Notes: generated by a model not told the origin, from the sequence alone. Positions 24,423 through 31,543 are shown, counted from the first letter of the stretch. The stretch: 32,000 bases of DNA from Candidatus Iainarchaeum sp. (GCA_030688545.1 JAUYHT010000001.1:30001-62000); one strand, 5' to 3'. Translations and numbers: made by a program.

Positions 24423-24513
24423 GAAACTTTTTACAAAAAAGTTTCATCAAAACAAACTTTTTAGGAAAAAGTTTGATCAAAAAATCTTTTTACAAAAAAG
24501 TTTCATCAAAAAA
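24423..24513. repeat. Tandem array of three ~30-bp hairpin units
   Basis: Unit 1 is GAAACTTTTTACAAAAAAGTTTC-ATCAAAA, unit 2 is CAAACTTTTTAGGAAAAAGTTTG-ATCAAAAAA, and unit 3 is (AAA)TCTTTTTACAAAAAAGTTTC-ATCAAAAAA. The closing pairs change in a compensatory way between units. Confidence 0.7.
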
Positions 24514-24547
24514 CGGGTAATACTTCTTCTTTTAGGGTGGCTTGTAT

Positions 24548-24572
24548 CTCCCATTTTAGGCGAGCGAGCACG
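24548..24572. repeat. Second copy of the GGCGAGCGA-core module (see 3893-3917)
   Basis: CTCCCATTTTAGGCGAGCGAGCACG aligns with 3893-3917. Confidence 0.5.
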
Positions 24573-24663
24573 TAGGCCGAATGAGATTCTTTGTACTAAA
24601 GTGATGCCCCGCCTTTCAGCCGGGAAGGTCTTCGTTTATATTGGATATTACTCCTCTCAACCT

Positions 24664-25374
24664 ATGCCGGCAAAAGGGTGGGGGTCTCGGTGGGCGAATA
24701 AAGCCAGGCTCCTTGGCCGCGGAATGCTTCCAAAAAGAGTGGGGAAAGAAATGCATCGCGCGATATTGCGCTGGAGCGGGAGGGATGTTTCCCGACATGA
24801 TAAGGCTCGAAAGATTGTTCAACGCCAGGATCCGGGAGCTATTTTATTGCGGGAAAATTTCAGAAAACATGCTTCTGAATCAGTAGAAGCAATGTCCCCT
24901 GCCCGCGAGCTGGTAGAAGAAAGGAAAAAATTGACTGACAAAATAGAAGGTATAACAAATGCCCTTTCATCCATGAGAGGAGGTACCGACGTTTATAGAG
25001 AAAGGCTATCGGAACTTCAACGATCAGTGCAAAAAAAAAATAATATTAATCGGCAAATCAGAGAATTAACGCAACCCTTTTTCCATCTTACGTATGAGTA
25101 CTCGGCGAGAATGGAAGCGGCTCATCTGGCGCTCGATTGGATGGGGTTCGGGTTCCAAAAACCGGCGCATCAGGTCATCCGCGAATCTATAATCACACAG
25201 GCGCCTCATTTGTTCGCCCAAGATCCCTTCCAATCCACACACAAAATCGACAAACGCGTGGTGGCGGCTTCCCGATTACAGAGTATCAAACGACTGATTC
25301 CCATCCTAGGCCCTCTCGGGGCGCGCCGTTTCTACCGGCGTTTCCAGAAATTCTATTCCGTGCTGGCCCAATGA
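24664..25374 (+). CDS. Uncharacterised basic protein, paralogue 1 of a PLxARxF-motif family
   Basis: The ORF track starts at GTG 24601. ATG 24664 (MPAKGWG) lies about 25 nt downstream of the centre of TATA TTTATATT (24635-24642). It is Arg/Lys-rich with a central helical heptad-like stretch, and its C-terminus is LIPILGPLGARRFYRRFQKFYSVL. Confidence 0.55.
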   Translation: MPAKGWGSRWANKARLLGRGMLPKRVGKEMHRAILRWSGRDVSRHDKARKIVQRQDPGAILLRENFRKHASESVEAMSPARELVEERKKLTDKIEGITNALSSMRGGTDVYRERLSELQRSVQKKNNINRQIRELTQPFFHLTYEYSARMEAAHLALDWMGFGFQKPAHQVIRESIITQAPHLFAQDPFQSTHKIDKRVVAASRLQSIKRLIPILGPLGARRFYRRFQKFYSVLAQ

Positions 25375-25436
25375 CGAAACGAAAAAAATAATTTAAAAAA
25401 AGGAATACATCGGCTTCCGCCGGTGATAAAAAGGAT

Positions 25437-25628
25437 TTATTTCTCTATTTGGTTTCTATTCCTTTGAGACACCACAAACCCACCCGCCAGCAACACGCTG
25501 TATAGAATGAATGGCATGACGGTTATCAACACTTCCAAATTCGGTAAAGGATTCGAGGCGGTGATTTCCATCCGAATGGGCGCCGCGCTCACGCTCGCGA
25601 TGAACGCGAACAGGAACAGCCCCACCAA
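25437..25628 (-). CDS. Possible small membrane protein (63 aa, TTG start)
   Basis: There are two hydrophobic segments (VGLFLFAFIASVSA and VMPFILYSVLLAGGFVV). It has a non-ATG start and I saw no clear promoter or RBS. Confidence 0.3.
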   Translation of the reverse strand: MVGLFLFAFIASVSAAPIRMEITASNPLPNLEVLITVMPFILYSVLLAGGFVVSQRNRNQIEK

Positions 25629-25652
25629 AGCTGGGTCAAATTAGCCTCTCAT

Positions 25653-26240
25653 GTGAAAAAGCCCGTGATTCCCATGGAAGAACGCCGACGAATGAAATTG
25701 GATGCCATTCAATCCACCAAACGCGTGATGCGGGATGATCGTCATGTAACGGCTACCAGATTGGCGGAATTACGTAGTGAGATCAATCAGATACGTTGGG
25801 ATTCTCCCAGTGAAGCAATACGCCTTTCGCGGTTAAACACCTTCATCTCGGATGTCCGAGATCGTCTCGCAATGATAACCGCGGAAAGACGTGGAAGGGT
25901 CCAGGCCCATTACACCGTCGCGGCAAGGCATGGAGCTGCGTTGCAGGCAATCTCCATGCTTCCCCAATCGGCTCGCGAAAAAATCAATGAAATAGGACTA
26001 CTCGAACTATCTGAGATCATTTTCATCCCGGAAAAATACAATGGAGAATTGTTCACGTCACCAATTCCTACTCCGCGTTCCCACCGTGATTATGAGGGTA
26101 AATCTCCCCGCCAGATTCGTAGGATCGTTCTCGATAGGCTCCGACCCTATTTCAAACCGTTGGAGGCCCGATTATTCCTCTTCCATTTTTACCGCTATTT
26201 CCGCGCGTACACCACTCCTATTAGAAAACGCCGTCAGTAG
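25653..26240 (+). CDS. Uncharacterised basic protein, paralogue 2 of the PLxARxF-motif family
   Basis: 195 aa from GTG 25653 (alternative ATG 25674). Its C-terminus is LRPYFKPLEARLFLFHFYRYFRAY. It overlaps the 3-prime end of the convergent CMD gene by 7 nt. Confidence 0.5.
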   Translation: MKKPVIPMEERRRMKLDAIQSTKRVMRDDRHVTATRLAELRSEINQIRWDSPSEAIRLSRLNTFISDVRDRLAMITAERRGRVQAHYTVAARHGAALQAISMLPQSAREKINEIGLLELSEIIFIPEKYNGELFTSPIPTPRSHRDYEGKSPRQIRRIVLDRLRPYFKPLEARLFLFHFYRYFRAYTTPIRKRRQ

Positions 26241-26548
26241 TGCTCGAGCGCCTTGATCCCATAGGATATGGTCGACCCAGCTTTCACAACAGTTGCCACC
26301 TGGATGACTTCGGTGACTTCCTGCTCCGTGGCCCCATAGGCCTTGGCTTTCTGCGCGTGGGAATCGATGCAGTATTCGCATTGGATGGCGCATGACGCCC
26401 CCAAGGCGATCAATTCCTTCGTCTTCTTATCCAGGGCCCCCGCGGCCATCGCGGCATTCTTCCATGCGGCATAGGCCTGGCTGGATTGGGCCAGTTGCTT
26501 GAATTTCTCGGAAGCTTTCATATAATTTTCATAGAATAATTCGCTCAT
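26234..26548 (-). CDS. Carboxymuconolactone decarboxylase (CMD)/AhpD-like CxxC protein
   Basis: The true start is ATG 26548 (MSELFYENY), with GGTGA about 10 nt upstream. The AhpD-core pattern is LDKKTKELIALGASCAIQCEYCIDSH. The longer track ORF (to 26719) has no support. Confidence 0.8.
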   Translation of the reverse strand: MSELFYENYMKASEKFKQLAQSSQAYAAWKNAAMAAGALDKKTKELIALGASCAIQCEYCIDSHAQKAKAYGATEQEVTEVIQVATVVKAGSTISYGIKALEHY

Positions 26549-26639
26549 GTTTAGATTCACCTTCTGGCTCAACTCAATTCCTCTTTTTATGGGTGCCTTT
26601 GAGCAAGGGTATTTATGGGCCTGACAGGTTAGAAAGAAC

Positions 26640-27329
26640 ATGCCTCCCAAACGTATTCGGACTATGAAGAAGATTGCTTCCCTCCCTCGTTTAGTTAGGG
26701 GAAAAATAGGTGAATACATACTTCGAAGGGAATCACGAAAAATGGGGAAGTCCTTTCAGCGAAAAGATATGCGTTTTTACCTAACAGCAGCCGGGCTCGA
26801 TAGTCTAGCCCAAAAAGAAGCTTTAACCCAGTATCATATTTTTAAAAATCGCTATTTTAAGAGGCGTTACATCAACAGGTTGCAGTCCGACCCCATTTTT
26901 TCCTTTGATGCGTCGCATGATCCAGCTGGGTCTAATCGTTTAATTCGCGCGGCGGCAAACGCCCAAATGAGAATTAATAGGGCCCGAAATCGAGCCCGGC
27001 GATTACGGTTTAGAAAGGATGTCATTACGGTCGCGGTAGAGGAAGCCTTTCGTTCGATTGGCGCATCAGCCCAAATATCACAAGACCTGGCCTCATATGG
27101 CAGGTTAATAGAATTGGTTCCTCGTTTTCCTTTGCCCTTCCATCCTCGGATTGGAACCACAATCGAAGAGGTCATTCTCCCGTCTAAAAAAATGAAATAT
27201 GACCTGTATTCCCTTCTTCGGACCGAGATGAAAAGTCAATTCTCTCCATTACGCGCCAGGGCATTCGTAAACGCTTTTTATTTGATCTATATTTCATTGA
27301 TGAGAGAAGTGGTAACTCGCGACTCTTAA
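26640..27329 (+). CDS. Uncharacterised basic protein, paralogue 3 of the PLxARxF-motif family
   Basis: 229 aa beginning MPPKRIR. TATA TATTTATG (26610-26617) is centred about 26 nt upstream. The C-terminus is MKSQFSPLRARAFVNAFYLIYISL. Confidence 0.55.
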   Translation: MPPKRIRTMKKIASLPRLVRGKIGEYILRRESRKMGKSFQRKDMRFYLTAAGLDSLAQKEALTQYHIFKNRYFKRRYINRLQSDPIFSFDASHDPAGSNRLIRAAANAQMRINRARNRARRLRFRKDVITVAVEEAFRSIGASAQISQDLASYGRLIELVPRFPLPFHPRIGTTIEEVILPSKKMKYDLYSLLRTEMKSQFSPLRARAFVNAFYLIYISLMREVVTRDS

Positions 27330-27335
27330 TTTATT

Positions 27336-27369
27336 AAAAAAAAATAGGGGGGGATTCTCCCCCCCTTTT
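27336..27369. terminator. Bidirectional hairpin terminator between convergent genes
   Basis: A9, then G7 (27347-27353), loop ATTCT, C7 (27359-27365), then T4. Either strand therefore reads as a GC stem followed by a T-run. It lies between the stops at 27329 (+) and 27375 (-). Confidence 0.65.
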
Positions 27370-27374
27370 AATTT

Positions 27375-29864
27375 TCATTCCTCGAGATCTTCGATCCCAT
27401 TCTCGGTGACCGCGTACACGGCTTCCCCATCGGGCAATGAGGGGGAATCCACGAGCTTGGCGATGCGCTTGTTCTCTTTTCCCTTGCGCAGATATAGCCG
27501 CGTCTTGCTCGCGTGCGCCACTACATTTCCCCCTACGGGAGCAGTGGGGTCGCCGAACATGATGTCCGGTCGTTCCAGCACCTGGTTGGTTACGAGTACC
27601 GCGACATTGCTCACCTCGGCGAGCCTTTGGAGCACGCGCATGTGCTTGTTCAGGCGTTGCTGCCGGTCCGCGAGCTGTCCGCGTCCGATGAATTCGCTCC
27701 TGAATTGCGCGGTGAGGGAGTCGACAATAACCATCTTGATGTTCTTCTCCTTCACCAGGTCCGCGGCCTTCTCCGCGAGGAGCATCTGGTGGTCGGCGTT
27801 GTAGGCGCGGGCCACGAATATTTTCTTGAGCGCCTCCTGGGCGTCCATTCCATTGGCCTCCGCGATCGCCGTCACCCTTTCGGGTCGGAATGAATTCTCA
27901 GAATCGATGTAGAGGCAATTCCCATTCAACCCTCCTTCCTCGATGGGTTTCTGCACTGTCACCGCGGTCTGGAAGCACCATTGGGTGTTGTGCATGAACA
28001 ATGGTTTTTCCCCCCCGATGAAACTATGGATGCCGGGGACGGTCAAATCGTACACCCAATTGTCATAGGAGACCTTTTTCTTGGATTCGATCCGTTCCCA
28101 TTTTATTTTTCCTTCAGCAAGCGTCCGGAGGATCTTCAAGTCCTGTAGCAATTGCGCATCGGCCACTCTCTTTTGGATCATCCCCCTCAAAACCACTCCT
28201 ATCTGTTGGGCCTTTTGGTCATTCATACCGCGGGAGATGTAATTCTGGAACGTGCTTTTTTTGATCCCCATTTCGGAATAGATTTCGTCTGTCCGGAAAG
28301 GGAGCAACGCCAATGCATCCATCACATTTCCGGGCGTCGGATGAGTCAACAATTCGAATGCGTTCCCCATCTCTTCCAACCGTTGCTTGAAGAACCAGTT
28401 TATTTTCTGCACGGTTTCTTCGGCTGTCCCATCATTCCGTGACGTGGTTGAAAAGTACATCTGCCAGATGGTCTTGAACTCGCTCTGCAGGATGTTTTTC
28501 TTACTCCATTGGTTGAAACGTCGTCGCGAGCCGCTCAATTGGAAATAGGCCCTTTTCACGATCTGGTCGAGCGCGTGGGTGGGAATCCCATAATGCGTCC
28601 CGATATTCTGGTCATTCAACTGCGTATTGGTTTTCAGATGGCTTCTTTCAAGCAATCGCTTGACTTTTTGCTTGCTTTTGGTGTCGGTGACATACACCAA
28701 GTATTGGGGCTTTCCTTCCACTATCCTTACTCCCGTGGTGGCCTGGATCCCTAATCGTGCATACAAATACGTAATCTGATGGTTGAGGGTTTTGGAGCGG
28801 GTGGACGTGGTGATGGTTTTATGGGCTTCCCCGTCCCCGTCAATGTACCCCCTCAGGAAGGCGGCCACGGCCCCATCGTCTGATTGCAACACCTTTTCAG
28901 GCACGAATTTGGTGTAGGAATCCGTGCGAGCCAATCCCTGCATCCATTCCCGAGTTGGTTTTTGGAAAATGATGAGGTTTTTGTCATAATTGACCGACGG
29001 GGTGTACCCGAATCGGGTTTGAATGAATCCTTTCAGCCAATTGAGTGTTCTTTCATCGAAGATGGTGATGCTCAGGGGGTTTCCGCACCCTTCTGCCACG
29101 AACAATCCAAGGAAATAGGCTTCATCTTCCGTCAGGGTTAGTTTTCCCACGTTTTGGATGATACCGGGGGCCCCGATGTAATCTCCTTCTTCCAATAGCC
29201 CGGTCGATTTCCACTGGATCCCATTCTCATTTAATGTAAGTAATGGATGCTGTTGGGTCAATCGCACGGTGTTTCCCCGGTTGGTCGTCACCTCGACCAA
29301 TTCAGATACTTTTTCTTTGAATAGGTATTGCGCTTGGGCCGTTTGGATGTTCCCATCCAAATCGATTCCCATCACCTGCACGGGATGGTTCAAGTCGGCC
29401 AAAAACCCGCCATCATGCGCCCGTTCATTGATGGCATATTTTTGATACACCTCTTCCATGGAATCCAGGTGGGGCACATCGGGATTCAGATAGAATAAGG
29501 GAGTGGTCTTCTCCACGCATTTCCCAGAAGCGAATTTTCCATAAATCTCGGTGATGGACTGGGTTTCAATCCCGCCCCCGATCAGCTTATCCAGCTCGGC
29601 AGAGCCGGTGGTGATTCTTCCCACCAGTTTCCGTCTTTCCGCGAGGATGTCCGCGCTCTCATAGCCCATCTCGAGGGCGTCCCGTGCGGCTTTGATGGCC
29701 TTATCCGCGGTCCCTTCCCCCAGACTAGCGGCTTCAATCAATTCCATGGGCGAGGCCACGGCCACGCTCTCTAACGTTTTATATCCGGCGGAAAACAGCT
29801 TTTCCGCGGCGAGGGGCCCTATTCCGGGCAAATCTTTAATTTCTCGAATCTCTACTTTTGGCAT
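27375..29864 (-). CDS. radA: DNA repair and recombination protein RadA, interrupted by an intein in the Walker A motif
   Basis: The N-terminal HhH domain is MPKVEIREIKDLPGIGPLAAEKLFSAGY. The P-loop is split as GKFASGK / intein / TQWCFQ. The C-extein carries LYIDSENSFRPERV, the Walker B MVIVDSL and VLVTNQV. The longest ORF extends to GTG 29936, but ATG 29864 gives the canonical RadA N-terminus. Confidence 0.9.
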   Translation of the reverse strand: MPKVEIREIKDLPGIGPLAAEKLFSAGYKTLESVAVASPMELIEAASLGEGTADKAIKAARDALEMGYESADILAERRKLVGRITTGSAELDKLIGGGIETQSITEIYGKFASGKCVEKTTPLFYLNPDVPHLDSMEEVYQKYAINERAHDGGFLADLNHPVQVMGIDLDGNIQTAQAQYLFKEKVSELVEVTTNRGNTVRLTQQHPLLTLNENGIQWKSTGLLEEGDYIGAPGIIQNVGKLTLTEDEAYFLGLFVAEGCGNPLSITIFDERTLNWLKGFIQTRFGYTPSVNYDKNLIIFQKPTREWMQGLARTDSYTKFVPEKVLQSDDGAVAAFLRGYIDGDGEAHKTITTSTRSKTLNHQITYLYARLGIQATTGVRIVEGKPQYLVYVTDTKSKQKVKRLLERSHLKTNTQLNDQNIGTHYGIPTHALDQIVKRAYFQLSGSRRRFNQWSKKNILQSEFKTIWQMYFSTTSRNDGTAEETVQKINWFFKQRLEEMGNAFELLTHPTPGNVMDALALLPFRTDEIYSEMGIKKSTFQNYISRGMNDQKAQQIGVVLRGMIQKRVADAQLLQDLKILRTLAEGKIKWERIESKKKVSYDNWVYDLTVPGIHSFIGGEKPLFMHNTQWCFQTAVTVQKPIEEGGLNGNCLYIDSENSFRPERVTAIAEANGMDAQEALKKIFVARAYNADHQMLLAEKAADLVKEKNIKMVIVDSLTAQFRSEFIGRGQLADRQQRLNKHMRVLQRLAEVSNVAVLVTNQVLERPDIMFGDPTAPVGGNVVAHASKTRLYLRKGKENKRIAKLVDSPSLPDGEAVYAVTENGIEDLEE
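27987..29519 (-). mobile_element. RadA intein (511 aa) with a LAGLIDADG homing-endonuclease domain
   Basis: Cys1 is encoded by the codon at 29517-29519 (CVEKTT). Block B is TVRLTQQHPLL. The two LAGLIDADG motifs are YFLGLFVAEGCG and AAFLRGYIDGDGEA. The C-terminus is PLFMHN, followed by the +1 Thr (codon 27984-27986). The length is exactly 1533 nt, in frame. Confidence 0.85.
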
Positions 29865-30234
29865 ACTTTTCCCATCCTGCCTCTTTTTTGGGTACGATTT
29901 GAGAAGCCGGCGTTTGGGGTGCCGCTTCCCTTGCACCTAATGAGACATCCAACATATCGTTGACCCGCTTAAAAAGCTTATGAGACCAAAGTTCCGAGGT
30001 CGTCGAACGGCTTCCATTGAAATCTTTTGTAAAAAACCCAAATAGGGCATTCATCCCATTCGGGCTGGGTGACAATCTCTTGTGGTGGGCCTTGAGATGG
30101 GCCGCAACACCTAATATTTGGAAATAAGCTGCAGAGGCATTGGCTCACCAAGCAGTTCTACCCACCCTTATTTTTTAGCGCTTGGTATCCGTATCCCGTC
30201 CGGATTTCCTGGAATTATTCGGTCGTCAGTTTGA

Positions 30235-30249
30235 ATGCCCCGAGCGGGA
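30235..30249. repeat. 15-bp direct repeat, left copy (matches the 3-prime end of the tRNA fragment at 31436-31470)
   Basis: ATGCCCCGAGCGGGA is identical to 31435-31449, exactly 1200 bp away. Confidence 0.7.
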
Positions 30250-30392
30250 CATGGGCCTTCTATTACAACTTGCTCTGCGATTGAAACCCTTGGATGATAC
30301 CTTAAAGTATGTACCCAATATTTATTCTATATCCTTCACTCAGGCCAAGGTGGCAGAACTCCTTAAATGCATAAAGGGAAAACAATCATAGT

Positions 30393-31325
30393 ATGCCAAA
30401 TGAAATAATCATAACTTGTTGCAAGGATCCTGATCTGGACGGTTTCGCCAGTGCAATCGGATATGCTGAGTTGTTGAGCAAAACTGGCACACCAACAATA
30501 CCTTGGATTTCCGGGAATGTCCATCCAGAGGTTCATTTTGTCATGAAAAAATTCGATTTCCCATACCCCGTAGAAACCACCAATCCTGAAAATTTTGCTC
30601 AGTTTGTGCTGGTCGATTCCAGCGAATTGAATGGATTGGATAAACGCATCAAACCAGAAAACGTGATAGAGATCATCGACCACCGAAAAATCAATGATTC
30701 ACATCTCTTTCCAAATGCCAAAATCCAAATCGAATTGGTAGGCTCCGCTGCCACCCTCATTACTGAAAAGTTCAAAGAAAAACAAGTTACTCCTTCCGCG
30801 AAGGCTGCTGCACTGTTGTATTCCGCGATTGTATCCAATACATTAAATTTCAAGGCAAAAGTAACTACTCAGCGTGATATGGCAATGGCTGAATGGCTCC
30901 TCCAGCAATTTCAACTTCCAACAAATTATGTTCATGAAATGTTCGCGGCCAAATCAGACTTGTCAGGAAACAGGCTCCAAAATGGCATCCGGGGAGACTT
31001 CGCATGGTTCGCGCTTGGAAACAAAAAAATTGGAATTGCTCAACTCGAAATCGTTGGGGGAAGTGAACTGGCAAGTAGACGCTCTGACGAAATAATAGAG
31101 GAATTGAGCCAATTAAAGGTTGAGAAAGGACTCGATCTTATTTTCATGTCCATTATTGAACTGGAAGAGGGATTCAACCTATTCATAACCAAAGATCAAG
31201 AAGCTCAAAGAATACTAAGTGAATTATTTGATATCACGTTTAACGATACCATCGCAAAAAGAAATGGTCTTATCATGCGAAAAGAAATTGTACCATTGTT
31301 AAAAGAGAAACTCCAAGCACACTGA
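30393..31325 (+). CDS. DHH/DHHA2 phosphoesterase resembling family II inorganic pyrophosphatase
   Basis: 310 aa. Motif I is KDPDLDGFASAIGY, motif II is VLVDSSE, motif III reads IIDHRK (DHR instead of DHH), and motif IV is the ELVGSAATLI region. The DHHA2-like C-terminus carries IMRKEIVPLL. Length and architecture match PpaC-type enzymes. Confidence 0.75.
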   Translation: MPNEIIITCCKDPDLDGFASAIGYAELLSKTGTPTIPWISGNVHPEVHFVMKKFDFPYPVETTNPENFAQFVLVDSSELNGLDKRIKPENVIEIIDHRKINDSHLFPNAKIQIELVGSAATLITEKFKEKQVTPSAKAAALLYSAIVSNTLNFKAKVTTQRDMAMAEWLLQQFQLPTNYVHEMFAAKSDLSGNRLQNGIRGDFAWFALGNKKIGIAQLEIVGGSELASRRSDEIIEELSQLKVEKGLDLIFMSIIELEEGFNLFITKDQEAQRILSELFDITFNDTIAKRNGLIMRKEIVPLLKEKLQAH

Positions 31326-31434
31326 TGCGGAAATATGACTGTGAAAGAATTTGATGCAAAAATTTGCTGAAGAAGTGGCAGATGTCGATCAAGCGACAGA
31401 ATTATTCCAGAAGGGGCTCTTGCTCCACCACACT

Positions 31435-31449
31435 ATGCCCCGAGCGGGA
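31435..31449. repeat. 15-bp direct repeat, right copy
   Basis: ATGCCCCGAGCGGGA overlaps the acceptor and T-stem 3-prime strands of the tRNA fragment. Confidence 0.7.
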
Positions 31450-31470
31450 TTTGAACCCGCGATTTAGGCA
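31436..31470 (-). pseudogene. Orphan tRNA 3-prime fragment (anticodon-stem 3-prime strand through discriminator); att-site remnant or split-tRNA 3-prime half
   Basis: The minus strand reads TGCCT-AAATC-GCGGG-TTCAAAT-CCCGC-TCGGGGC-A. That is the anticodon-stem 3-prime strand, a 5-nt variable loop, the T arm with a canonical TTCAAAT loop, the acceptor 3-prime strand and the discriminator. No matching 5-prime acceptor strand (GCCCCGA on the minus strand) or D arm lies upstream. Confidence 0.6.
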
Positions 31471-31490
31471 CCACAAAACTTCCTTCTTTA

Positions 31491-31522
31491 TCTGCCTAAA
31501 TTTAGGCAGATGGATTTAAATT
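31491..31522 (+). promoter_or_regulatory. Perfect 20-bp palindrome next to the TATA box of the Fic-like gene
   Basis: TCTGCCTAAATTTAGGCAGA lies at 31491-31510. TATA TTTAAATT (31515-31522) is centred about 25 nt upstream of ATG 31544. Further CTGCCTAAA half-sites lie at 31462-31470 (inverted) and 31530-31538. Confidence 0.5.
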
Positions 31523-31543
31523 ACTTCATCTGCCTAAAATGGT

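Noticed and set aside
24423-24513. Possible CRISPR array.
   Set aside because: There are only three units, and the spacers would be about 7 nt of A-rich linker. The repeats themselves differ, and no cas genes are nearby. It is a tandem hairpin repeat, not CRISPR.
29836-30391. ORFs 29836-30075 (-) and 30182-30391 (+, TTG start).
   Set aside because: The first overlaps the radA 5-prime end and promoter and has no signals. The second has a TTG start, no RBS or TATA at proper spacing and no motifs, and it contains the tRNA-derived 15-bp repeat. If anything, it is a decayed remnant.
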